Positions 44,699 to 54,374 of a stretch of 64,000 nt of DNA are shown here, piece after piece. Numbering within the stretch: the stretch's first letter is position 1; each line of letters opens with the position of its first letter. The notes beneath the pieces were generated by a model, which saw nothing but the letters and a program-made list of their open reading frames with translations, ran no database searches and had not been told where the DNA came from. This DNA comes from Ktedonobacterales bacterium (GTDB lineage Bacteria > Chloroflexota > Ktedonobacteria > Ktedonobacterales > DATBGS01): contig DATGID010000131.1 in the NCBI GenBank assembly GCA_035307385.1, forward strand, positions 12,805 to 76,804. Reading direction: 5' to 3'. Both the position numbers and the translations under genes were made by a program.

Positions 44699-46417
44699 GT
44701 GGCCGTAGAGACGCGAGGGCAGAAGAGGGCAGCCGTCTTTCTCTGGGACCGTATGGGCTGGCTTCTGAGTACACGCAGGCGGCTTCTATTGCTAAGCATG
44801 GTCACAGTACTGGCTGTTGCCGTGTATATGTTCGTCAATCATGCTGCTGGCTTTCCCCTTGATGATGCCTGGATTCACCAGGATTTTGCTCGTACCCTGG
44901 CGCAGCACGGCGTTTTTGCCTATGCTCCCGGTCGCGGCGGCGCGGGTTCCACATCGCCGCTGTGGGTGCTGTTGTTGCTTCCCGCTCAACTCGTGCCGGG
45001 CGGCGCTCCTCTCTGGCTGGTGATGGGGTGGGCAGACGCGCTGGGCACGCTGGCGTTCTTTGGGACAGCCTGGTCCACGAGCGCGCTCGCTGAACTCTGG
45101 CTGGCGGATGTGGATGAACGCTTGCGCGCGTTGGGCGCTCTGGTGGCGGGCATTGCGGCGCTTGCCGAGTGGCATCTGACCTGGGCCGCGCTCTCTGGCA
45201 TGGAGACAATCTTGTTTGTCTTCCTGAGCGTGCTCCTGCTGTTAGGCGTCAGCCGCGCCTGGCATCCGGCCTGGCTGGGCGCACTGGCTGCGCTGTTGAC
45301 CACCACCCGGCCAGAGGGCATTGTCCTGGCGCTGCTGGTGGCGGTGTATCTCGCGCTGCAATCCAGTGCTCACTTGAAACCAACCTCTCAGCACTGGCGG
45401 GCAGTGCTCGTATATCTGGGAGTGTATGCGCTGGGATTGATTCCGCTGTTGGTGTTGAATGAAGTCGCATCTGGGAGTCTGCTTCCCAGCACGTTTTACG
45501 CGAAGGGCGTCTATTATGCGTTGGGGACAGGCGAGCTTACACGTCTGGTAGGTTATGCGCTGGGCGTGCTTGGCTTTGTAGGGAGCAGCCCATTGGTTGC
45601 CCTGGGTTTGCCAGGCGCGGCTTATGCGCTCTGGCTGGCTCGGCGCGACGTGAGGTGCGGCACACAATGGTTGGCGCTGGGCTGGGTGGTAGCGTTGATC
45701 GGCGTCTATGCCATTCATCTTCCGGTTGTCTATCAAAATGGTCGCTACCTGATGCCGATTCTGCCCGTGCTGCTGGCGCTGGGGGGAGCAGGGTCGCTGC
45801 GTTTTGTCAGCAGAACGGACTTTCGCTTGTTGCCGGGTGTTTTGCTAGTGTTGGCGTTGGCGTTGGGAGTCCTCTCTATCGTGCGCGGAGCGGGAATCTA
45901 CGCAGCGAATGTTCGCTATATCAACGGCTATCAGGTGGAAACGGCGCTCTGGCTGCGCGCGAATACAGCGCCTGATGCGTTAGTGGCAACCCATGATATT
46001 GGCGCGATTGGCTATTTCAGCGGTCGGCAGGTAATTGATCTTGGCGGCTTGACCCAGCCAGAGATTGTGCCGTTGCTCAACGATCAGCAGGCTCTGATCG
46101 CCTATCTCCAGCGGGCACACGTCGATTATGTGGTGATGTTTCCTGATTGGTTTCCACCGCCGCGCCTCTTGTGGGCAGCCGTGAAGCACCACGAGGTGCA
46201 TCGCACCCATGACCCTGCGATTGCTGCCATTGGTGGCGCTGATCTGGTAACCTACAAAACTGATTGGGGAAAGACGGGCGTCTCCGGCTGGCAAATGGTG
46301 TTGTCTGGGCGCTTTGATGCTGGAAGGCCCTCGCGCATCGTATATACTCTTTGTACATGGGCCGCTGATAGACAAAAAGTATCGGGGTATGACATAAAGA
46401 GAGCATTTGTGGTATAG
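44699..46417 (+). CDS. large polytopic membrane protein, GT-C glycosyltransferase-like
   Basis: GTG 6 nt after GAGGAG. FPLDDAWIHQ acidic loop motif after TM1, more than 10 helices, and a soluble C-terminal domain. Confidence 0.55.
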   Translation: MAVETRGQKRAAVFLWDRMGWLLSTRRRLLLLSMVTVLAVAVYMFVNHAAGFPLDDAWIHQDFARTLAQHGVFAYAPGRGGAGSTSPLWVLLLLPAQLVPGGAPLWLVMGWADALGTLAFFGTAWSTSALAELWLADVDERLRALGALVAGIAALAEWHLTWAALSGMETILFVFLSVLLLLGVSRAWHPAWLGALAALLTTTRPEGIVLALLVAVYLALQSSAHLKPTSQHWRAVLVYLGVYALGLIPLLVLNEVASGSLLPSTFYAKGVYYALGTGELTRLVGYALGVLGFVGSSPLVALGLPGAAYALWLARRDVRCGTQWLALGWVVALIGVYAIHLPVVYQNGRYLMPILPVLLALGGAGSLRFVSRTDFRLLPGVLLVLALALGVLSIVRGAGIYAANVRYINGYQVETALWLRANTAPDALVATHDIGAIGYFSGRQVIDLGGLTQPEIVPLLNDQQALIAYLQRAHVDYVVMFPDWFPPPRLLWAAVKHHEVHRTHDPAIAAIGGADLVTYKTDWGKTGVSGWQMVLSGRFDAGRPSRIVYTLCTWAADRQKVSGYDIKRAFVV

Positions 46418-46571
46418 TAGATACGGTTTCGCTTGTGACGCAATGGGGTGCGGAAGCAGCGGTGGAGGCTCCTTCGGCTCTCCCTCCCATCCCCGACACT
46501 CGAAGGCCAGGGTTGGTATCGGGTGGTGCGCGCGATTGAAGAATCCTTGAGCAGGAAGGAGGCGAACGGCT

Positions 46572-46784
46572 TTGGAACTGATTTTTCCTCGGTGCCGTAA
46601 GTGCGGTGAGGGCGACCTGGTGCCGCTCTCTGATTTTGGGAGCCAGGGGGCTTCGATCGAGTACAAGGCATGGGTTTGCACGAATCCGGGGTGCCTGTAC
46701 AACATCAAGATTCGTAACGGAGACATCATTATTAATGAGCCAATCAGTGATGGCTCGATGCACAACTATCGCAGCAATCGCTAA
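46572..46784 (+). CDS. 70-aa zinc-ribbon protein, unknown function
   Basis: TTG start 9 nt after GGAAGGAGG. CRKCG ... CTNPGC. Confidence 0.45.
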   Translation: MELIFPRCRKCGEGDLVPLSDFGSQGASIEYKAWVCTNPGCLYNIKIRNGDIIINEPISDGSMHNYRSNR

Positions 46785-46802
46785 CACGGTGCGATAGGTC
46801 CC

Positions 46803-46835
46803 GCCTCCGGCCACGCGCTTTGCGAGACCGGAGGC
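46803..46835 (+). terminator. 8-bp hairpin after the small zinc-ribbon gene (weak)
   Basis: GCCTCCGG, 17-nt loop, CCGGAGGC; a T-rich stretch begins about 15 nt later. Confidence 0.25.
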
Positions 46836-46918
46836 TGATTATGTGTCCTGCTCTTTTTCTCTATTTTTTTCTCTCATCTTATCCGGCTGGGTGCTGCTGA
46901 AAGGACAACAAGCTCGCT

Positions 46919-48124
46919 GTGTTTAATCGCTTCAAGCAAGGACTCTTCCGACGCAAATCTGATGAAGAAGCGGCTGAGGAGAACCAGTCGCACGAGCTAC
47001 CACAGGAACAAGAAGCAGTACAGGTGGTTGACACTGCTGCTTCGATAGCACTTCCCCCTGAGACGGCTCTTCCCAGGCAGGTTTCTGAAACACCAACTGT
47101 TCCACCGCAGGCTGCTCTGCCTCCGCTGGCTCCTTCGCCTGACGAGCCGGAGGAATGGGAGGATGAGGAAGAGTTTGATGAGGAGGAGCCAGCCAGGGGT
47201 GGATTCCACCTCTTCCGCAATCCGTTCAGCCAGAGCCTGTCACGCACGCGCCAGATGTTTGGAAAAGTGTCAGAGGCGTTTCAGCGCGGTCAGATCGACG
47301 ACCAACTTTGGGATGATCTGGAAGAGACGTTGATTACCGCAGATGTGGGTGTGGCAATTACCGAGCGTTTAATCACGACTTTGAAAGAGCGTGTGGAGTA
47401 TGTGGGGCTGAAGGATGCGCGCGATGTGCGCGACGCGCTGGAAGAAGAATTGCTCATTCTGCTTGGCGATAAAGAGCCGCTGACCTTTGCGAAGGATAAC
47501 GCCTTGACGGTTATTCTGGTGGTTGGCGTCAATGGGGTTGGCAAAACGACCACGATTGCCAAGCTGAGCCAGTATCTCAAGAAAAAAGGACATCGGGTCA
47601 TTCTGGCAGCGGGCGATACCTTTCGCGCGGCAGCTATCGATCAACTGAAAATCTGGGGCGAGCGGGTCAAAGTGCCGGTGGTGAGCCACCAGCATGGCGC
47701 TGATCCTGGAGCAGTGGTTTTTGATGCGCTGGAGGCCGCTGAAAATCGCCACTGCGATGTTTTGATTATTGACACGGCGGGCCGTTTGCATACAAAATAC
47801 AACCTGATGGAAGAACTCAAGAAGATTGCGAAGGTGCTGGGCAAAAAAGACGCGGAAGCGCCGCATGAAGTGTTGCTGGTGGTGGATGCAACCACGGGGC
47901 AGAACGCGCTGATCCAGGCCAAGCAGTTTGTGGGAGACGTAGGTTTGACGGGTCTGGTGCTGACCAAGTTGGATGGCACGGCGCGCGGTGGGATTGTGTT
48001 CTCTATCTCGGAAGAATTGGGTTTACCAATCAAGTTTATTGGGACGGGTGAACGTGTGGGAGACCTGGCACCCTTTGACCCTGATGCGTTTGTCAGCGCG
48101 CTCTTTTCCGCTGATGGAGTCTAA
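46919..48124 (+). CDS. ftsY: signal recognition particle receptor FtsY
   Basis: Acidic N-terminal A domain, then NG domain motifs GVNGVGKTTTIAKL, DTAGR, TKLDG. Confidence 0.95.
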   Translation: MFNRFKQGLFRRKSDEEAAEENQSHELPQEQEAVQVVDTAASIALPPETALPRQVSETPTVPPQAALPPLAPSPDEPEEWEDEEEFDEEEPARGGFHLFRNPFSQSLSRTRQMFGKVSEAFQRGQIDDQLWDDLEETLITADVGVAITERLITTLKERVEYVGLKDARDVRDALEEELLILLGDKEPLTFAKDNALTVILVVGVNGVGKTTTIAKLSQYLKKKGHRVILAAGDTFRAAAIDQLKIWGERVKVPVVSHQHGADPGAVVFDALEAAENRHCDVLIIDTAGRLHTKYNLMEELKKIAKVLGKKDAEAPHEVLLVVDATTGQNALIQAKQFVGDVGLTGLVLTKLDGTARGGIVFSISEELGLPIKFIGTGERVGDLAPFDPDAFVSALFSADGV

Positions 48125-48276
48125 GTGACAGCTTCTGGAAGTGACCCGGAAGAAGAAACGGAGCGTGTGCCATCGCTAGCGAAAGAAAACCTGATCCCAC
48201 CCCTGATGCCCTGCGTGGGCCAGGCGGGGATGATCTTCAGCCCCAGATAAGCCGTTCGATTCCGGGGAATCTGGCG

Positions 48277-49071
48277 GTGAAGTGCCCCAAGTGCCGCGAG
48301 CTGCTTATCGGCAAGGACTGGGAAAAAAACCTGAAGACATGCCCCCGTTGCGGCCATCATTTCCGGCTTCCTGCGGAAGAGCGCGTTGCGCTCTTGCTGG
48401 ATGAAGGCAGTTTTCAGGAGCTTGATAATAATTTGCTCTCGGTTGATCCTCTCACGTTTGTCAGCCGTTCGCAGTCGTATCAGGCCAAACTGCATGAGGA
48501 GCGTGAGAAGACAGGACTCAATGAGGCCGTCATTACTGGCACTGGAACTATTGAGGATATGCCTCTGGCGCTGGCGGTGATGGCGTTTGCCTTCATGGGT
48601 GGGACCATGGGGTCGGTGGTGGGGGAAAAGATCACTCGCGCCGCTGAACGTGCTCTGGCGGACCACAGCGCGCTCCTGATCGTTTGCACTTCTGGGGGCG
48701 CTCGCATGCACGAGGGGCTGTTCTCGCTGTTACAGATGGCAAAGACGACTACGGCGTTGGCGCGGCTGGGTGAGGCGAGCGTACCCTATATCTCGCTGCT
48801 GACTGATCCAACGACTGGCGGCGTTTCGGCCAGTTTTGCATTTCTGGGCGATGTGGTGCTGGCTGAACCAGGCGCGCTGATTGGTTTTGCCGGTCCGCGG
48901 GTGATTGAGCAAGCCATCCATTCGCGCTTGCCAGCCGATGCAAATACGGCAGAGTTTGAGTTAAACCATGGGATGATTGATGCTGTGGTGCCCCGTTCCT
49001 TGCTGCGGCCAACGCTGGCGCGGCTGCTGCGTATGTATGCAGGAACCAGAGCGCGGAGCGCGACATACTGA
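48277..49071 (+). CDS. accD: acetyl-CoA carboxylase carboxyltransferase beta subunit
   Basis: Zinc ribbon CPKC...CPRCGHH and GGSMG-type region MGGTMGSVVGEK. GTG 48277 is the first canonical start; see the finding on the N-terminus. Confidence 0.9.
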   Translation: MKCPKCRELLIGKDWEKNLKTCPRCGHHFRLPAEERVALLLDEGSFQELDNNLLSVDPLTFVSRSQSYQAKLHEEREKTGLNEAVITGTGTIEDMPLALAVMAFAFMGGTMGSVVGEKITRAAERALADHSALLIVCTSGGARMHEGLFSLLQMAKTTTALARLGEASVPYISLLTDPTTGGVSASFAFLGDVVLAEPGALIGFAGPRVIEQAIHSRLPADANTAEFELNHGMIDAVVPRSLLRPTLARLLRMYAGTRARSATY

Positions 49072-49088
49072 TTGTTGGGGGATGTGCT

Positions 49089-50066
49089 ATGGCTTATGAT
49101 CTGGATTTTGAGAAACCGCTCGCTGAGATCGAACAAAAGATTCTGAAGTTGCGGCGCAAGGCGGAGAAGCTGAAACCAGAGGAGCGCGAGCAGATTGAGG
49201 CGTGGGAAGCGGAACTGCACCAGAAAACTGCCGAGATTTATGGGAATCTGAGTTCGTGGCAGTGTGTCCAGGTGGCTCGGCATAAAGATCGGCCATACAC
49301 AGTTGATTACATCAAGCTGATGTGTGACGATTTCTTCGAACTGCGTGGCGACCGGCGTTTCGATGATGATCGTGCCATTCAGGGCGGGTTGGCGGTGATT
49401 GATGGCCGCACGGTGATGCTGATGGGCAATCAGAAGGGGCGTGATACGAAGGAACGTATTGAGTGCTCGTTTGGGATGGCTCATCCAGAAGGGTTCCGCA
49501 AAGCTGCCCGCTTGATGAAACAGGCGGAGAAGTTTAGCATTCCTGTGGTGACGCTGATCGATATTGCGGGAGCCGCTCTTGATCTGGGGGCTGAGGAGCG
49601 TGGACAATCGCAGGCCATTGGGGAAAGTCTGCTGGTGATGTCGCAGCTTGGTGTGCCGCTGGTTGCGGTTATTATTGGTGAGGGGGGCAGCGGCGGGGCG
49701 CTGGCGTTGGGGATGGGTAATCGGGTGCTGATGCTCGAATATAGCATCTATACAGTGGCTTCGCCTGAGGCTGCCGCATCGATCATCTGGCGTGACACGA
49801 TTTATGCACCGCAAACTGCCGAGGCAATGAAGGTGACAGCGCGTGATCTCTGCCAGCTTGGGTTAGTAGATGAGCTTATTACTGAGCCGTTGGGGGGCGC
49901 GCACCGTGACCATGAGGAAGCGGCAAAAAATCTCAAGAAGGCGATTCTGACGCACCTGGATGCGCTGGCTCCGCTGAGTCAGGAGCAACTCGTACAGCAG
50001 CGCTTTGAGAAGTTTCGGGCTGTAGGCAAGTTTGCTGTCGAAGGTCCGGTATCGGTCCGTCGATAA
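49089..50066 (+). CDS. accA: acetyl-CoA carboxylase carboxyltransferase alpha subunit
   Basis: DFEKPLAEIE start, RHKDRPYT, IGEGGSGGALA. Confidence 0.95.
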   Translation: MAYDLDFEKPLAEIEQKILKLRRKAEKLKPEEREQIEAWEAELHQKTAEIYGNLSSWQCVQVARHKDRPYTVDYIKLMCDDFFELRGDRRFDDDRAIQGGLAVIDGRTVMLMGNQKGRDTKERIECSFGMAHPEGFRKAARLMKQAEKFSIPVVTLIDIAGAALDLGAEERGQSQAIGESLLVMSQLGVPLVAVIIGEGGSGGALALGMGNRVLMLEYSIYTVASPEAAASIIWRDTIYAPQTAEAMKVTARDLCQLGLVDELITEPLGGAHRDHEEAAKNLKKAILTHLDALAPLSQEQLVQQRFEKFRAVGKFAVEGPVSVRR

Positions 50067-50136
50067 GAACATGTAGGCGCACACGGCCTCTTGTGCTTCG
50101 GTTGATCAAACGGTTGCACAGGATGAGCAGAGGCAC

Positions 50137-52215
50137 TTACCTCGCTCCCACCCACCACACACGCACGGTGCGATCCCAACTTGCGGTAGCCAACCGAGTT
50201 CCATCGGAGGATATAGCTACCGCGTTCACCGTCTCGGTATGGCCTGTCAGAATGCCTTGTAACTGGCCTGTTGTGCCGTCCCATAGCCGCACGGTTCCAT
50301 CATCACTGGCGGAGGCTAGATATCGCCCCTCAGGCGACCAGACTATTGCCCGCACAACGCCGCTGTGGCCCGTCAGGGTGGTTTGCAGTTGGCCTGTTTT
50401 CCCATCCCACAGGCGCACGGTTCCATCATCGCTGGCAGAAGCTAGCCGCCGCCCATCGGACGACCAGGCTGCCAGCCGTACAGAGCTAGTATGGCCTGCC
50501 AGAGTGGTTTGTAGTTGGCCTGTTTTCCCATCCCACAGGCGCACCCTATCATCACTGCTGGAGGCTAGGTATCGCCCATCGGGCGACCAGGCCACGGCAT
50601 ACACATAGCCAGGATGGTTCCTTGGGGTGGTTAGAGGCTGACCCGTTGTTGCATCCCACAAGCGTACCGTCCGATCATCGCTGGCGGAGGCCAGCCGCCG
50701 CCCATCGGGCGACCAGGCCGCTGCTCGCACATCACTGGTATGGCCCGTCAGGATGGTCAGAGGCTGGCCTGTTTTCCCATCCCACAAGCGCACGGTCTTA
50801 TCCCAGCCAGCCGAGACCAGGCATGTGCTATCAGGGGACCAGGCTACCGCATACACAGCGCCACTGTGGCCGCGCAGAGTAGCCAGGGGCTGGCTTGTTG
50901 CTGCGTCCCAGAGGCGCCCTGTGCCATCATCGCTGACGGAAGCCAGCCGCGTGCCATCGGAGGACCAGGCTGCCGCATAGATAGAGCCGGTATGGCCGCG
51001 CAGCGTGCCTTGCGGCTGGCCTGTGATCCCATCCCATAGACGCATCGTTCCATCATCGCTGACAGAAGCCAGCCGTTGCCCAATGGGGGACCAGGCGACG
51101 AGAGCGACGGCGCTCGCGTGGCTCGTCAGGGTGAGCAGCAGTGTGCCAAATGGCGGTGCTATGGGCTGGGTTGCCGTTGCCGCCCGCTGCGGGGAACGCT
51201 GGGGCGCTGGAGATGCTGGCTGGGTGGCGACAGGAAACGGCAGCGAAGATGGCCCCGAGGGAACAGCGATGAGCGCGTCTCCGCCAATGGTCTGCCGCCC
51301 GGCAATGTGCTGAAGTTCCTGGCGGACAGCGGCCATGCTGACCGGACGTTCGTCCACATGCCGCTGCACCATCTGCCGAATGAGCTGAGCTAGACTGGCT
51401 GGGGCCGCTGCCCCAAGGGGTTTGAAGTCCCACAGCAGGGGCTGATTGGTAGACGGGTCGATGCCGCTGAGCAATTGGTGCAACAGCGCGCCCAGACTAT
51501 AAATGTCAGTTCTGGCCGTCGTTTGCGCCTTGCCATACTGTTCGGGTGCGGCATAGCCTGGTGAACCAAGGGCGGTGGTATCTTTGGCTTGTTCTGGTTT
51601 AAAGAGGCGCGCGATGCCAAAATCAATCAGGTAGAGGTCACCTTCCGGGGTCCGCATGACATTAGCCGGTTTTAGATCGCGGAAGATAATTGGCGGCTGG
51701 CGTGTGTGCAGATAACTCAGCACCGACGCCAGTTGGAGGCCAATATCCAGCACCTCTTCCACCGGCAGGGCGCCGGTGGGCATGTGCTCCAGGCGGGCTT
51801 CGAGGGTTTCCCCGGGAATGAAGTCCATGACGAGATACCAGCGGCCTGCCTCCTCGAAATAGTCGTAGATGCGCGGCAGGTGGGGATGGAGGAGGCTCGC
51901 CAGCAGGTTGGTCTCTTGCTCGAAGGCGCTGATGGCCTGCTGCCGTTCCTGTGGACTCAGGCTGCTCTGACTCATTTCCTTGATCGCCCGCAAGGTGTTC
52001 TTGAAGAGGGTATCCTGGGCCTGATAGACTGCACCAAAGCCGCCCTGGCCTAGCCGTCGCTGGACGCGATAGCGCTGTTTGAGCACGTGGTCGCTGCTCA
52101 GCAAGCCAGTAACCGTCGCTGCGGCAGGACCACCACATGCCGAACAAAACTTACTCAAAGGGTTCAGGATGGCTCCACAATAGGCGCAATACTGGGGAGG
52201 AGATGGGATACGCAT
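50137..52215 (-). CDS. Ser/Thr protein kinase with N-terminal zinc ribbon and 8 C-terminal WD40 repeats
   Basis: YCAYCG..CSACG; kinase motifs [21 protein letters not shown], APEQ; then eight units of about 42 aa ending in WD or a WD-like dipeptide (GH...[13 protein letters not shown]). Confidence 0.9.
   Translation of the reverse strand: [692 protein letters not shown]
50140..51132 (-). repeat. tandem 126-nt (one 123-nt) coding repeats = WD40 units with high internal conservation
   Basis: DNA-level similarity between adjacent units is visible by eye, e.g. CCCATCCCACAGGCGCACGGTTCCATCATCGCTGGC... recurs with few changes. Confidence 0.85.
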
Positions 52216-52461
52216 TGAAAAGGGTCCCTCCGCATCGAAACCCGGCAGCCTATAGGTATGATCTCAAGCAGTGATCTACGCCTAGCATAGCAGAGGTAGT
52301 CCTAGATCGCAACAGAGACAACATACTATTTTCAAGGAGAGGACAATGCTTCCCAGACCCACCGGAACCAATCGCAGCCAGTACCGCTCTGCAAGCGTTT
52401 CCTGCGCCTTTCAGACTGATCCTGAGAAGAGCTGGCTCGCACGATTACGTGCAGGTGAAAT

Positions 52462-53097
52462 CTAGGGATGAGTAACGCCAGGGGCAGATGGGTCGCCCTC
52501 CCCCTCCGCTGCCGGTCTGTTGGCAAGTTCAGGATGGTGTGGGGGATAGACGCCTGTTGTCGCGCGGATATGGATATCCCGTAAGATGGCGTTCCCAAAT
52601 TCGCTCAGGGCGTACCCGCCCATAAAGAAGGCACCTGCGACAGCAACAGCATCGAAGCTTAAGCGGCCCTCTTTAGACCAGTAGACATCACGCAGTTCCA
52701 ACCAGAGCGCGAATTCATCGAGCGCCAGCGCCGAACCCATGCCATAGATCACGCTCAGTTTCCTGGTGCCTTTTTTCTCGGTGATAAGCGCGAGGTAGCC
52801 AGCCATCAGCGTCAGAAAGATGCCAGGCACGGCATGGTGAATGTGCAAACCACCTGGAAGCACAATATCATGGAAGCCCAACCGACTCTGATGGCGCGGA
52901 CCAGATTGTGGGTTCTTCTGCGTAGCCAAACCCTGTTTCCGAATACGAGCGGTGATAAAGCGTACCGAGCCAAAGGTCAGCAGGAAGGAGATTGCCACCC
53001 AGAATGAGGCTTCTCGGCCCTTGATGATGACATGGTGGCGGAAATGGACCTTCAAACGCTTCCCAAACACACCTATTTCGTGCAGGAATGATCTCAT
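52462..53097 (-). CDS. membrane protein, unknown function
   Basis: ATG 53097 after AAGGAAG; about 4 hydrophobic helices. The upstream ORF extension was rejected. Confidence 0.5.
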   Translation of the reverse strand: MRSFLHEIGVFGKRLKVHFRHHVIIKGREASFWVAISFLLTFGSVRFITARIRKQGLATQKNPQSGPRHQSRLGFHDIVLPGGLHIHHAVPGIFLTLMAGYLALITEKKGTRKLSVIYGMGSALALDEFALWLELRDVYWSKEGRLSFDAVAVAGAFFMGGYALSEFGNAILRDIHIRATTGVYPPHHPELANRPAAEGEGDPSAPGVTHP

Positions 53098-53492
53098 AGA
53101 CTTCCTTTCTGCCAGCAAAACGCGAAGCGAGGCACGGTGGAGCAGCAACTTCCAGATGGTTCCCACGCAACGAAGTCTGCATGATGCGTGCCTGGAAACC
53201 AGGCAGGCATTCTCAGCCACGCTCTCTTCTTGCCCCCAACGTGTTGAGCGAGAAAACAAGTGCCTTCAGTGCTGATTCTTCAGGACGCCAGCGCGTTATA
53301 CAAGCCCCCTTTTGAGCAGCCGAGGAGGCAGCTATAAGAAGGTGAGAGCAGACAAGAAAAGGGCTAAGTGAGGAATCCCCTTGGTAGTACTTTTGGGCGT
53401 AGCACGCAAAAGGGTATCGGCTCGCAAAAGCTTCTGGAAAACTGGCGTATGCTCGTGAGGAAAGCCAGACCGAAAAGAAGAAGCTCCCTGCG

Positions 53493-54236
53493 CTACAGGC
53501 ACCCCAGGATGGCCGGGACATATTGGCGCGGCTCCTGGTGCATTCGTGCCAGCCAGTCCCAGGGGTCCGGCGGCCACCCATTGCTCAGACTCTGCGACCA
53601 GGCGTCGTTAACCGCACCGATGCCAGCGTCGTAGGCTGCCAGGGCCAGACCAAAGGCATAGTGCACCGACGCGCCCCCATAGTGAGCGCTGAGTTGTTGG
53701 GCGCGGGCGGAAAACTGATCTAATCGCTCCCTATCCAGCCGCGCTGCCGCGTTCAGCGAGGCGGCTGGATCATGGGGATCGATGCCTAGGCTGGCGGCTG
53801 TTTCCGGGAGGAATTGAGCGATGCCGATGGCCTGAGCCGAACTGACGGCGTTTGGATTGTACTGTGATTCTTGCCAGATTTGCCAGATAAACGCCAGGAT
53901 GTCGATCTGATATTTTTGGGCGTCTGTAATGGCGACTGGCAGCCAGGGAGAAGTCGTCGGGGGCTTAGTGTTGCGGCAGGTGGCCTGGCCGGTCAGCCCG
54001 AAGAGGGGTGGTGTAGTAGGCTGATAGGTTGGCTCTGGCGTCACGGGCAGTGGGGTATCGATAAGGATGGGGGGGAGAAGCGACGGAAGGTTTCGCCAGA
54101 CAAAGATACCCGCTGCGCCGCATGTGAGGCAGGCCAGAATCACGACGATCAAGCACGCCGTCCAAAGGAGGGAGAAGGGCCTCCTGGCCTCTTTCTCGCT
54201 GGTCGGGGCGGGTGGTGGCGCAGTGTGATAACGCAT
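53493..54236 (-). CDS. membrane-anchored lytic transglycosylase (SLT domain)
   Basis: AAGGAG RBS and a TM helix. Catalytic region WQESQYNPNAVSSAQAIGIAQFLPETA. Confidence 0.8.
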   Translation of the reverse strand: MRYHTAPPPAPTSEKEARRPFSLLWTACLIVVILACLTCGAAGIFVWRNLPSLLPPILIDTPLPVTPEPTYQPTTPPLFGLTGQATCRNTKPPTTSPWLPVAITDAQKYQIDILAFIWQIWQESQYNPNAVSSAQAIGIAQFLPETAASLGIDPHDPAASLNAAARLDRERLDQFSARAQQLSAHYGGASVHYAFGLALAAYDAGIGAVNDAWSQSLSNGWPPDPWDWLARMHQEPRQYVPAILGCL

Positions 54237-54374
54237 GGATACTCCTTTCCGTTTCTCTCTTTATTGTACACAATAGATTTTGTGACCTGGTCCACTTTTG
54301 ATAAACGTGCTCTTGCCAAGCGGGGTATACTTCCTGATGAGGTAGGAAGTCTTCAAACTGACCTTAGGGAGCAT

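Noticed and set aside
48786-49814. Long antisense ORFs inside well-supported genes. Examples: 48786-49814 (opposite accD/accA), 57731-58555 (opposite the FemAB gene), 61088-62074 (opposite the beta-helix gene), 5504-6436 (opposite lipA), 17708-18739 (opposite tnpB)
   Set aside because: These are typical stop-poor shadow frames of GC-rich DNA. Their translations are Arg/Ala/Pro/Gly-rich with no motifs, while the sense strands carry diagnostic family signatures.
50093-51313. Plus-strand ORFs with repeated peptides (WPV..PSHRRTVPSSLAEA...) and the idea that the periodic DNA might be a CRISPR-like array
   Set aside because: The periodicity is 126 nt, contiguous, with no unique spacers. It is the antisense of the eight WD40 coding repeats of the kinase gene.
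53871-54374. N-terminal 168 codons of the 1050-aa ORF 53871-57023
   Set aside because: This part runs antisense through the SLT gene (53493-54236), which has clear catalytic motifs and an AAGGAG RBS. The kinase domain begins right after ATG 54375, which has its own GGGAG RBS. The extension is a GC-rich shadow reading frame.
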